The position numbers and the translations under genes were made by a program. Source: an uncultured SAR86 cluster bacterium (GTDB lineage: Bacteria; Pseudomonadota; Gammaproteobacteria; Magnimaribacterales; D2472). Taken from it: a DNA stretch of 64,000 bases. The stretch is from positions 9,538 through 73,537 of the forward strand of contig CABZHV010000003.1 of NCBI GenBank assembly GCA_902525635.1, written 5' to 3'. The notes beneath the pieces were generated by a model. It had not been told where the DNA came from. It worked only from the letters and a program-made list of their open reading frames with translations, and made no database searches. Positions 49,430-58,101 of this stretch are shown one piece after another (within the stretch, counting starts at the first letter, position 1; each line of letters opens with the position of its first letter).

Positions 49430-49650
49430 AAAAAAAAACAGAGACTAGCTCTGTTTCTTAAACGAGTTCCTCAGGGGTCTAAAGTGAGAACTTCTTTAGC
49501 TCCTTGGATTCTCTCTCTTGAATCCTTGGTGGACTTGCAAGCTGTTTTTTAACATCGACTCTTGCACGTGCTTTCACCCTTCGGTCTCTTCCTCTGGTTT
49601 CTCTCTAGATCTTCCGTCTGCAGGTGGTCACTAGTCGGTTACCCTTGGTA
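49430..49650 (-). ncRNA. putative ~220-nt sRNA, copy A (unclassified)
   Basis: Minus-strand promoter TTGACA(49684-49679)-N16-TAATAT(49662-49657). Intrinsic terminator ACAGAG-CTAGT-CTCTGT followed by U9 (49454-49430). No credible ORF. Purine-rich transcript. Confidence 0.6.
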
Positions 49651-49732
49651 TATTTAATATTACTCTAACTTTTAAATGTGTCAACAGTTTTTTTAAAAAA
49701 AATAAGTTTTTTTTTATGTATTTACTGCGGAC

Positions 49733-49953
49733 AAAAAAAAACAGAGACTAGCTCTGTTTCTTAACCGAGTTCCTCAGGGGTCTAAAGTGAGATTTTCTTT
49801 AGCTCCTTGGATTCTTTCTCTTGAATCCTTGGTGGACTTGCAAGCTGTTTTTTAACATCGACTCTTGCATGTGCTTTCACCCTTCGGTCTCTACCTTCAA
49901 CTTCTCTCTAGGTCTCCCGTCTGCAGTTGGTCACTAGTCGGATGTTGTTGGTA
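49733..49953 (-). ncRNA. putative ~220-nt sRNA, copy B (tandem paralog of copy A)
   Basis: Same architecture 303 bp upstream: TTGACA(49987-49982)-N16-TAATAT(49965-49960) and an identical terminator (49757-49733). The 3' two-thirds are near-identical to copy A and the 5' third has diverged. Confidence 0.6.
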
Positions 49954-50036
49954 TTTAATATATTACTTCATACAAAAATCTTGTCAACAGTTTTCACAAA
50001 AAAAAATCTTTTTTTTACAAAAGTTATATTTTATTT

Positions 50037-50324
50037 TTATGACCCCTCTACAACAGTAAATAATCTCTCCGCAGATTCACCAATATACTTTAGAGCATTT
50101 TGATATTGACTTGACTTATAACAATCCACTGCTTCCTTATGTGAATTAAATTCTACAACTACAGTTCTTTCGTATCCATGATTTTCATATTCAGTTTGAG
50201 TACCTCCACGAACTAAAAATCTACCTCCAAATAGGTCTACAGCTGCTGTAGCTTTTTCAATATATTCTGAATATTTTTCTTTGTTAAGAACAGTTGCTCT
50301 GACTACCCAATAACCTTTTCGCAT
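50037..50324 (-). CDS. DUF1330-family protein (dimeric alpha/beta barrel)
   Basis: 95 aa. The pattern MRKGYWVV...KYSEY...FGGRFLVRGG...VVVEF is typical of DUF1330. Confidence 0.75.
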   Translation of the reverse strand: MRKGYWVVRATVLNKEKYSEYIEKATAAVDLFGGRFLVRGGTQTEYENHGYERTVVVEFNSHKEAVDCYKSSQYQNALKYIGESAERLFTVVEGS

Positions 50325-50325
50325 A

Positions 50326-52518
50326 TTATTTTCTTCTGATTCTCATTTCATGCAGTATCGGTTCTGTATATCCACTAGGTTGATATTTTCCTTTAATTGC
50401 AAGTTCGCATGCTGCCTTAAAAGCAATACTGTCGAATGATGGTGACATCTTTTTATAATTAACGTCATTCTTATTTTGTTCATCAACCACTTTTGCCATT
50501 TTCTTCATTATTTCAATTATCTCAGCTTCCGTGCACAATCCATGGTGTAACCAATTCGAAATATGCTGACTAGATATTCTGCATGTGGCCCTGTCTTCCA
50601 TAAGGCCAATATTATTTATATCTAATACTTTAGAACATCCTATGCCTTGATCTACCCACCTAACAACATAGCCTAGTATTCCTTGTGCATTGTTTTCTAT
50701 CTCTGCAAATATTTCTTCTTTTGATGGAAAGTTTTCTTTTTTTATAAAGGGGATATTCAAGAGATCATCTAATTTTGCTTTTTCTCTATTTGTAATTTTT
50801 TCTTGTTCTTCCTGAACAAAAATTTTATGGTAGTGAATTGCATGAATTGTTGCTGCTGTTGGTGAGGGAACCCATGCACAATTTGCACCTGCTAGTGGAT
50901 GCATAGTTTTTGTATTATACATTTCAAGCATTTCATCAGGCATTGGCCACATTCCTTTTCCAATCTGTGCATTTCCTTTGAAACCAGTTTCAAGACCTAT
51001 ATCAACGTTCCAATTTTCATATGCATTTATCCACTTTTCTTTTTTCATGTCAGCTTTAGTAACCATTGGAGCTGCTTCCATGCTAGTGTGTATCTCATCT
51101 CCAGTTCTATCAAGAAAACCAGTGTTTATAAAAATAACTCGATGTTTTGCTACTTCAATACATTCTTTAAGATTTACAGTAGTTCTTCTTTCTTCATCCA
51201 TTATTCCTAATTTGACTGTATTTTCTGGTAAATTAAAAATCTTTTCAATTTCAGAGAATAGATCACAAGTAAACCTTACTTCTTCTGGACCATGCATTTT
51301 AGGTTTAACAATATAAATGCTTTTAGTTTTAGAATTTTTATAAATTCCGTTTCCAATAATGTCATGTATTGCAATGCATATCGTAAAAAATGCATCCATG
51401 ATACCCTCAGGAACTTCGTTATCTTTATTATCTTTTATCGCAGGGTTTGTCATGAGATGTCCAACATTTCTGACAAGCATTAAACTTCTTCCTGGAAGTA
51501 AAATCATTTTGCCGTTTTTAAGAAGATATTTTCTATCAGAATTTAATTCTCTTGTAATAAATTTTCCAGCCTTATCGAAAGATCTTTTTAGATTGCCCTT
51601 CATTAAACCAAGCCAATTTCTATAAACAATTATTTTATCCTCAGCATCAACTGCTGCCACTGAATCTTCACAATCCTGAATAGTTGTAATTGCTGATTCC
51701 ATAAGGATATCCTTTATATTTGCCAAGTCTTCCTGACCAATTGGATGAGATTTATCAATTTGTATTTCAAAATGTAAATTATTATTTTTAAATAATAGGC
51801 CATAAGCACCCTCTCCTTTATCTTGGTAACCTACATATTTATCTTTATCTTTGAGATTTACTTTTGAACCATCTTTTAATTTCATTGACAACTCATTGCC
51901 AATAAATTCAAATTTTATTACTTGATCGTATGTACCTTTGCTCATTGGAATAGTTTCATCTAGAAATTTTTTAGCAAAAGAAATTACCTTATCTCCACGA
52001 ACTGAGTTATACCCGCCTGCTTTTTGAGCTCCATCACTCTCATCAATTATATCTGTTCCATAAAGAGCATCATAAAGACTTCCCCATCTTGCATTTGCAG
52101 CATTTAGTGCAAATCTTGCATTCATTACAGGGACCACTAATTGAGGTCCAGCAATTTTCCTAATTTCAGGATCTACATTCCAAGTTTTAATAGTAAAATC
52201 TTTGCATCTTGGATATATATAGCCAATTTCAATTAAAAATTTTTTATATTTCTCTAGATTAAACTCAGAATTTCTATTTTTAATATGCCATTCGTCTATT
52301 TGATTTTGAAGTTCTTCCCTTTTATTTAATAAATCTTGATTTCGTTTATAGAATTTATTAAGAAGCTCTTCAAATGAGCTCCAAAAATAATTCGCTGATA
52401 TATCTAATCCAGGTAAAAGTTCAGTCTTAACAAATTCTTCCAAACTTGATGAAATGACTAAAGTTATATTCTTATTTTTATCAGATGAGAAGTTAAAAAG
52501 CCTTAAGAGAAATTTCAT
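50326..52518 (-). CDS. glcB: malate synthase G
   Basis: 730 aa, the size and layout of the G isoform. Conserved regions include ARWGSLYDALYGTD, MDEERRTT and PSPTAATIHA. Confidence 0.9.
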   Translation of the reverse strand: MKFLLRLFNFSSDKNKNITLVISSSLEEFVKTELLPGLDISANYFWSSFEELLNKFYKRNQDLLNKREELQNQIDEWHIKNRNSEFNLEKYKKFLIEIGYIYPRCKDFTIKTWNVDPEIRKIAGPQLVVPVMNARFALNAANARWGSLYDALYGTDIIDESDGAQKAGGYNSVRGDKVISFAKKFLDETIPMSKGTYDQVIKFEFIGNELSMKLKDGSKVNLKDKDKYVGYQDKGEGAYGLLFKNNNLHFEIQIDKSHPIGQEDLANIKDILMESAITTIQDCEDSVAAVDAEDKIIVYRNWLGLMKGNLKRSFDKAGKFITRELNSDRKYLLKNGKMILLPGRSLMLVRNVGHLMTNPAIKDNKDNEVPEGIMDAFFTICIAIHDIIGNGIYKNSKTKSIYIVKPKMHGPEEVRFTCDLFSEIEKIFNLPENTVKLGIMDEERRTTVNLKECIEVAKHRVIFINTGFLDRTGDEIHTSMEAAPMVTKADMKKEKWINAYENWNVDIGLETGFKGNAQIGKGMWPMPDEMLEMYNTKTMHPLAGANCAWVPSPTAATIHAIHYHKIFVQEEQEKITNREKAKLDDLLNIPFIKKENFPSKEEIFAEIENNAQGILGYVVRWVDQGIGCSKVLDINNIGLMEDRATCRISSQHISNWLHHGLCTEAEIIEIMKKMAKVVDEQNKNDVNYKKMSPSFDSIAFKAACELAIKGKYQPSGYTEPILHEMRIRRK

Positions 52519-52569
52519 CCTTGAATTATAACAATTTCATTAAATTTACCAATTATTAATAAATTTTGC

Positions 52570-53694
52570 TTAAATGATTTTTTTTACATCATAAGACCAA
52601 ATACTGTTAGTCCTTTTTAAAATAACGTTGGTATATTTCATAAGAATATTTCTTGCAAAAACAGTCATTGGATTGCTTAAGTGATTTAATTTAGCTTGAT
52701 TAAGAGACTTTTTATGAATAGATTTAATTCTTTTTAGTCTTAATGATTCATAATCTTTTTGAGTAGCTTTAAAATCATTTTTGTATTTACTAAGTAAGCT
52801 CCCAAATATAATTACATCCTCTAAGGCTAAACTTGCTCCTTGGCCTATAAAAGGAACTATGGGATGCGCAGCATCTCCAAAAAAAGTCATGTTCTGATAA
52901 GATAAATTTTTTAATTCAGGCCGTGTATATATTCCCCACTTGTAAATATCACTTGAATGCTCAATCGAGGGATATTTTTTTAATATATCAAATTCAATTT
53001 CTGATAATAATTCACTTAAAGTCCCTTTTTCTTTCCAAGACTCAATATATTCATTTTTACTTTTTATGGCAGCTATAAAACTTATTCTTTTTCTATCGAT
53101 GGGATATGTAACTATATGAAAATTTGATCCTAGATAAAAATTTATTTCATTTTGTTTATAAGGAAAGATAGCTCTCCAAACTGAATATCCGCTGAACTGT
53201 GGTTTTACATTTGATTGAGATATCATTTCTTGGCATATTGATTTTATCCCATCACATGCTGCTATGTGACAAACATTGAATGATTTCGTATTTGAGAATG
53301 TAATATTTTTATTTTGAATATCCAAATGTTCTAATCTATGGTCAAAGAATATTTCACCATCTAAAGATAGATATTTTTTGAGCAAAATTTTATATAAATT
53401 TTTTCTAGAGGTTGTTCGCACCTCTGAGAGAACGTCTGTAATTTTTTTATTATTTGAGAAGAAAACTGTATTTTTTGGTTGCTCTGAAACTTTACAAAAT
53501 TCTGATTTTAAATCCATGCACTCAAGGACTTTCATCCCATTTGGAGAAATTGAAATACCTGCTCCATACTCTGAAATACTTTTTGATTTTTCAAAGATTA
53601 CACAATTAATATTATTTTTTTTTAAAATAATACCTAACGCAAGACCAGCTATGCCTGCACCTATTATCGCAATGTGATCACTATAATAATTCAT
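52570..53694 (-). CDS. FAD-dependent aromatic-ring monooxygenase (salicylate hydroxylase/UbiH-like)
   Basis: IIGAGIAGLALG dinucleotide motif and GDAAHPIVPFIGQGASLALED motif. Confidence 0.8.
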   Translation of the reverse strand: MNYYSDHIAIIGAGIAGLALGIILKKNNINCVIFEKSKSISEYGAGISISPNGMKVLECMDLKSEFCKVSEQPKNTVFFSNNKKITDVLSEVRTTSRKNLYKILLKKYLSLDGEIFFDHRLEHLDIQNKNITFSNTKSFNVCHIAACDGIKSICQEMISQSNVKPQFSGYSVWRAIFPYKQNEINFYLGSNFHIVTYPIDRKRISFIAAIKSKNEYIESWKEKGTLSELLSEIEFDILKKYPSIEHSSDIYKWGIYTRPELKNLSYQNMTFFGDAAHPIVPFIGQGASLALEDVIIFGSLLSKYKNDFKATQKDYESLRLKRIKSIHKKSLNQAKLNHLSNPMTVFARNILMKYTNVILKRTNSIWSYDVKKII

Positions 53695-53710
53695 AAAATC
53701 TCTATGTACT

Positions 53711-53740
53711 ATAAATAAAAAGGGAGCTGAAAGCTCCCTT
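53711..53740 (-). terminator. intrinsic terminator after the paralog operon
   Basis: AAGGGAGC-loop-GCTCCCTT hairpin followed on the minus strand by TTTTATTTAT. Confidence 0.7.
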
Positions 53741-53760
53741 TAATAAAAAAATTATCAATA

Positions 53761-54540
53761 CTATTCAGAGCCAGAGTAATAAAGCCATTCAATTCTATAT
53801 GTTGATTGAGGTCCACAAGATACATTTTTTCTAAATTCGTCCAAATAGCCATTTTCAATCATCATATTTCTGAATGATGAAGTTGATGAAATTATGTCAC
53901 TTCTCTTTTTTGCACTGTAATAATGCCTCATTATTACAAAATCATATTCAATATCTGAATCGAGACCTCTATATGGTGTAAAGTAATGTTCTCCATAACC
54001 AGATCTATTACCTAGCTCAATTTCGCTAGCCTCTACTTTTGCATTAATTTCAAGAAGTTTATCGATACTTCCTCCAGTTTTAAATTTACATTGTCTAAAA
54101 TCAACAAAATTAAACCTATCTCTTTCATCTTCTGGGATTCTTATTCCTCTTGCACGAACACCTCTCATAGAAATACTTCTGCTAGTTTCAACTGCTTCGT
54201 TTTCAAATTCACTATTTTCAGCTGCCCATTGGGGATAATCATTCATATATGCACCCCATTCTTTATACTGCTCTTGACCATTCGGCCACCAACCGTATTC
54301 AATAATATTGTACTCAGTTTCTCCTGCCCAAATTGGAACAAATAATGCTCGACCATATTTTAGATCATTTTCTTCAAGAAATTTGAGGTACTCCATATTT
54401 TGGGCTTTTACATCCTCATATGTTATTCCCTCATTCATATTTCCAAAGAAAAACTCTGCTCTGTATGTATATTGCTCAGATGTTTCAGCAAATATATTGA
54501 TTGTGAAAATAGTTAAAAATAGTATGGAAAGTAATTTCAT
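53761..54540 (-). CDS. secreted protein of unknown function, paralog 1 (two-half, Cys-pair family)
   Basis: Signal peptide. AEFFFGNMNEG start motif, FRQCKFKTGG and NVSCGPQSTYR Cys motifs. 3-nt gap to paralog 2. Confidence 0.75.
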   Translation of the reverse strand: MKLLSILFLTIFTINIFAETSEQYTYRAEFFFGNMNEGITYEDVKAQNMEYLKFLEENDLKYGRALFVPIWAGETEYNIIEYGWWPNGQEQYKEWGAYMNDYPQWAAENSEFENEAVETSRSISMRGVRARGIRIPEDERDRFNFVDFRQCKFKTGGSIDKLLEINAKVEASEIELGNRSGYGEHYFTPYRGLDSDIEYDFVIMRHYYSAKKRSDIISSTSSFRNMMIENGYLDEFRKNVSCGPQSTYRIEWLYYSGSE

Positions 54541-54543
54541 AAC

Positions 54544-55290
54544 TTAATTTTTAACTGGAACAATGCTATATGTTCTTTCATTTTCGCAAACACCACCAAG
54601 ATCAACAAGTGCTTGATATTCTGGCATATCTTCTGCTTGCTCAGACCAAAAATTTGTCCAATTTTTACCATAATCTGCAATTGTAGATGTGGTAACAAGT
54701 TGCACATAGTCATAATCCCAGTCAGAACTTGTGCCCGCGCCAGGGAAAATCATTTTTCTTCCTGCAACATCTCCGAGTTCTTGTGCAGCTTTTGCATATG
54801 CAAAATAAGCTTTGTATACATCTTCTGATGATACATCATCACCCAGTTTGCAATCAGTGTAAACTGCATAACCTGCCTGACCATCTGGAGTTTCAGATAC
54901 AGTTCTTTGCCAGGTATAAATGACTTGGTTTCCACTTTCAAGTATTGTATTTAATTCTGTTTGAAGTTTACCGCCATTGTTAACCCAATAGTCATTACCT
55001 CCATAATGCGCTTCAGGATTTGGACTGATTCCAACCCAAACAAAATCTTGATCTAATTCTCCCGAATGATAATAAGGAATAAGCATTGCGGAACGATAAT
55101 CTTTTAAAGCATCACTTTCTTCAGCCCACTTTGTCCATTTTGCAGCCCACTTCATCATATCATCCATGTCTTTTCCATCCTTAAAAGTACTTACATAATA
55201 TTCAGCTACATTTGGTTCATAATAGTTTTCATGATCATCTGCATAAACCGAAAAACTAAAAACTAGACTTAAAATTAATATTAATTTCAT
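54544..55290 (-). CDS. secreted protein of unknown function, paralog 2
   Basis: Signal peptide ending YADDHE. AEYYVSTFKDGKDMDDM, YTDCKLGDD and GGVCENERTYS motifs. Confidence 0.75.
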   Translation of the reverse strand: MKLILILSLVFSFSVYADDHENYYEPNVAEYYVSTFKDGKDMDDMMKWAAKWTKWAEESDALKDYRSAMLIPYYHSGELDQDFVWVGISPNPEAHYGGNDYWVNNGGKLQTELNTILESGNQVIYTWQRTVSETPDGQAGYAVYTDCKLGDDVSSEDVYKAYFAYAKAAQELGDVAGRKMIFPGAGTSSDWDYDYVQLVTTSTIADYGKNWTNFWSEQAEDMPEYQALVDLGGVCENERTYSIVPVKN

Positions 55291-55306
55291 ATTTCTTCTC
55301 CTCCTT

Positions 55307-56083
55307 TTAGTTGAATGCCGTCATTGACATACCAACAAATGTTCTAGCATTATTGCATGAAAAGCCTTTCAAGTTTGCTGATGCTTCAGAATCAGCTAAA
55401 GATGAGTAATACCTATCAGCATTTATTCCTCTTTCAGAGATTGAAGAGCTGTACATTAATCTTACAAAATCAACTCCGTCAGCTAATTTTCTTCCCGCAT
55501 CTGGAACAATAATTTTTCTACCATTTGTATCACCTTGAGACTGAGCATAAATTGCAAAATCTTTGTACAGGTCGTAAACAGTTCTCAAGTCATAGCCCTC
55601 TTCAAGGGAGCAATCTGCATAAGTAGCATAATTCATATTTCCAGCCTCAAGGCTTGCTGGTTCAGAAATAACCCATTGCCATGCATCAATTGCTTCAGAC
55701 CATCTTGCAGGCAGCGACTCAGCTAATTTAGGGCCTCCATTCAGCATCCACTTTTCCATTCCATTATATTGGGCAGTTGGTGTAGGCCAATTATTAGACC
55801 ACATAACCTCAATTGATTTTAAATCAGAATGGAATACCGGAGTCATTAAAGCTGTAGACATGCTATCAAAAGCTCCGTCTTGAGTACCAGCCCATTCTGC
55901 AAACTTGTTGTACCAAGCAACAAGATCACTCATGTCTTTACCCTTCTTAAATTTACCAATAAAGTATTCAGCTTTATTTGCATCTGGTTCATATTTATAT
56001 TCTGGAGTTTCATGATCGTCTGCATAAATCACAAAACTTATTAATAAACTTAAACTAAATAATAATTTCATAATTCTCTCCAT
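55307..56083 (-). CDS. secreted protein of unknown function, paralog 3
   Basis: Signal peptide ending YADDHE. AEYFIGKFKKGKDMSDL, YADCSLEEG and GFSCNNARTFV motifs. The likely start is the MKLLFSL Met at 56071, preceded by GGAGAG. Confidence 0.75.
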   Translation of the reverse strand: MERIMKLLFSLSLLISFVIYADDHETPEYKYEPDANKAEYFIGKFKKGKDMSDLVAWYNKFAEWAGTQDGAFDSMSTALMTPVFHSDLKSIEVMWSNNWPTPTAQYNGMEKWMLNGGPKLAESLPARWSEAIDAWQWVISEPASLEAGNMNYATYADCSLEEGYDLRTVYDLYKDFAIYAQSQGDTNGRKIIVPDAGRKLADGVDFVRLMYSSSISERGINADRYYSSLADSEASANLKGFSCNNARTFVGMSMTAFN

Positions 56084-56152
56084 ATTATGTCAATATTTAA
56101 ATATATCATCTCTTTGTGTGAAAATTTTTACAATTGTGTATATTTTTTGTAG

Positions 56153-57103
56153 CTAATTAATGAAGCCATACAAATTGTATTGAGATACAAAATCCCATAT
56201 CTCATTTGAAGCACTTATATTGTGTGAATTGATGTTTGGCCATGTATGATCCATTGTCGGATGTAGAATTAATTTGATATTAACATCGTTTAAACAGTTA
56301 ACATAAGTTTCATACCGAATTAAAGCATAATTGTCATACTTTATAAGAGTGTCAGGTTCTGGATTACAAGAACTATAATTAGACCAGTAATTCATAACAT
56401 CAGATATGCTTTTAGATCCTGAATTTCCATTATAGGGAACAACAAAATCTAATAAACCATGAATCTGTAAAATAGGAGTTGGATGAGATGGTGAACAATT
56501 ATCATACGTGCTAATAGTCATTGAACCAGTGACAGATGCTATTGCAGCAAATTTATCACTTAGATTACATGCTAAGTGATAACCCATATATCCTCCGTTT
56601 GACATTCCAGATGAGTAAATCCTTGATTCATCTATTGGTAATTTATCTTTTAATAAATCAATAACTGTTTCAACAAACTCTAAGTCCTTTACAGTACTCT
56701 TTGATGTCCAGCCACCAACATTCCAATGAGCAGATAACGTTGAGGTCGTCTCTCCTTGCGGGTAAACGACTATAAAATTATTTTCATCTGCAATAGGCAT
56801 GTAATTTGTATAACCAAGATGTCTCAATGCAGATGATCCATAACCATGAAATGCAAACAAAACAGGAATGCTTTGATTTGTATCAAGATTATCAGGAACA
56901 TACAAATAGTAAAATCTGCTCCTATCGTCATGAGTTAAATCACATTTATCTACACCATTTCGAGATGTATTTGTACACGTCTCATTAATAGAATTAAGTT
57001 CATCACCAGGAATACCAGAATTGTCTTCTTCAATAATGTTAGAAGAGCCACCGCTGCATGAAGAAATTATTAATAAGACAACAAAAATATATGTTGTTTT
57101 CAT
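56153..57103 (-). CDS. lipoprotein esterase (PHB-depolymerase/LpqC-type alpha/beta hydrolase)
   Basis: Lipobox IISSC, FHGYGSS oxyanion region, GMSNGG nucleophile elbow. I moved the start to MKTTYIF at 57103 because the track start at 57148 lies inside the upstream terminator hairpin. Confidence 0.75.
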   Translation of the reverse strand: MKTTYIFVVLLIISSCSGGSSNIIEEDNSGIPGDELNSINETCTNTSRNGVDKCDLTHDDRSRFYYLYVPDNLDTNQSIPVLFAFHGYGSSALRHLGYTNYMPIADENNFIVVYPQGETTSTLSAHWNVGGWTSKSTVKDLEFVETVIDLLKDKLPIDESRIYSSGMSNGGYMGYHLACNLSDKFAAIASVTGSMTISTYDNCSPSHPTPILQIHGLLDFVVPYNGNSGSKSISDVMNYWSNYSSCNPEPDTLIKYDNYALIRYETYVNCLNDVNIKLILHPTMDHTWPNINSHNISASNEIWDFVSQYNLYGFIN

Positions 57104-57130
57104 TGATTTATATATTAATGCAGTGATGTT

Positions 57131-57159
57131 GAAAAAAAAAGGGAGCATTTTGCTCCCTT
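57131..57159 (-). terminator. intrinsic terminator
   Basis: AAGGGAGC-aaaat-GCTCCCTT followed by T9 on the minus strand. The stem sequence is the same as in the terminator at 53720-53740. Confidence 0.8.
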
Positions 57160-57178
57160 TAAAACATATATATAATTG

Positions 57179-57883
57179 CTAATTATTATAAGTCTTAACA
57201 GTTGATATTATGGAAATATTTTTGATGTCTCTGTTTCCTTGAACTTCTTTTGAAAATTCAGCAAAAGAGTCACTGGCATATAAGACTTCTGCAGTTTTCA
57301 TAGCCTCTTCAAAGCTTCCGGCACTTGTATAAGCATAGTGTGTGTAATAATTCACACTTCCACTCATTTGAGCTCTTAAACCATAACTACCTGCTACATT
57401 ACCAGATTCTTCTTGTGCTTTTGTAACCTTAGCATAAGCCTTTGCATAAGAAGCAGCGTCTTTTACTTCCATTCTATAAATTGTATATACCTGATTATTC
57501 TCTGGTTCATAATTACCACCATTAATTAATTTCATATTTAATGATTGTTCTATTGGCTCAACAAACTTCGAAGTTTTAGCAAAAAAAGATTGAAACACAG
57601 GATCTGAAAATGATTCAGTTCCTTTGCCAAGGCTTTCAGTATCATCGTAATTTAAAACAACTACATGAGTCGCATCATCATAGCCATTGAAGGCATACTG
57701 GTGCAATGCAACAACTGCAGGAAATGATTTACCCCACTCAGTGCTCATTAATTCATCCATAGCTTCAACATAAGCTGCTGGATTAGAAACTTTTACAGAA
57801 TAGCTAGCAATATAACCGGCTGCGAGCAAAGATTGAGATGAAACAAAAATTGTTAATAAAAAACTAAAGTATAATTTTTTCAT
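57179..57883 (-). CDS. secreted protein of unknown function with two ferredoxin-like-looking halves (no Cys)
   Basis: Signal peptide. The two halves (YIASYSVKVSNPAAYVEAMDEL... and VYTIYRMEVKDAASYAKAYAKV...) show a strand-helix pattern like dimeric alpha/beta-barrel domains. The fold assignment is an inference. Confidence 0.6.
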   Translation of the reverse strand: MKKLYFSFLLTIFVSSQSLLAAGYIASYSVKVSNPAAYVEAMDELMSTEWGKSFPAVVALHQYAFNGYDDATHVVVLNYDDTESLGKGTESFSDPVFQSFFAKTSKFVEPIEQSLNMKLINGGNYEPENNQVYTIYRMEVKDAASYAKAYAKVTKAQEESGNVAGSYGLRAQMSGSVNYYTHYAYTSAGSFEEAMKTAEVLYASDSFAEFSKEVQGNRDIKNISIISTVKTYNN

Positions 57884-57968
57884 AAGTCTCTCCTATTTAG
57901 ATTGATAATATATCATCAGGAACAGAAAATACTCAAAGCTTTTTATTTTATTTTTAAATGTGGATCAA

Positions 57969-58044
57969 TGGTGCGGTACGCCGGTCTCGAACCGGCGGCC
58001 TTCTGCTTGGCAAGCAGACGCTCTACCAACTGAGCTAGTACCGC
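57969..58044 (-). tRNA. tRNA-Gly (anticodon GCC)
   Basis: The minus strand GCGGTAC-TA-GCTC-AGTTGGTA-GAGC-G-TCTGC-TTGCCAA-GCAGA-...GCCGG-TTCGAGA-CCGGC-GTACCGC-ACCA folds as a cloverleaf. Confidence 0.9.
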
Positions 58045-58101
58045 ATTGGATGCTTAATATACTCTTTTAAAGTTATGCTTTCAACAGAGCGCTTTTGGAT
58101 A

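Noticed and set aside
49490-49546. 18-codon ORF inside the sRNA (MLKNSLQVHQGFKRENPRS)
   Set aside because: It has no convincing SD and is hydrophilic, so it does not look like a toxin. The copies differ by a non-synonymous change, and it more likely reflects RNA sequence conservation.
49555-49645. Cluster of restriction-site-like palindromes in copy A (ACTAGT, CTGCAG, AGATCT/TCTAGA, CACGTG), possibly a cloning scar or synthetic insert
   Set aside because: Copy B carries natural-looking substitutions at several of these sites. The flanks do not match vector or BioBrick prefix/suffix sequences, and short palindromes are expected in structured RNA genes.
49430-49953. CsrB/RsmY/RsmZ-type identity for the tandem RNAs
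   Set aside because: There are only about five GGA triplets per ~220 nt, close to chance for this composition. Several lie in predicted stems rather than hairpin loops, some are lost in copy B, and I found no GacA-box palindrome upstream.
49430-49953. 6S RNA, tmRNA, RNase P or riboswitch identity for the tandem RNAs
   Set aside because: I could find no long closing stem between the 5' and 3' ends with a central bubble (6S). There are no tRNA-like ends (tmRNA), no GAGGAAAGUCC-type core (RNase P), and each unit has its own promoter and terminator rather than acting as a leader.
49865-50059. 64-aa plus-strand ORF in the track
   Set aside because: It lies antisense across sRNA copy B and its promoter, has low-complexity Cys/Leu-rich content, and has no RBS.
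50899-51625. Five plus-strand ORFs inside glcB. Similar antisense ORFs occur inside amtB, PiT, gspD/E, the acyl-CoA ligase, ggt, GH3, the paralogs, the esterase and the TBDR
   Set aside because: All overlap strongly supported genes on the opposite strand and show biased, repetitive composition typical of shadow frames.
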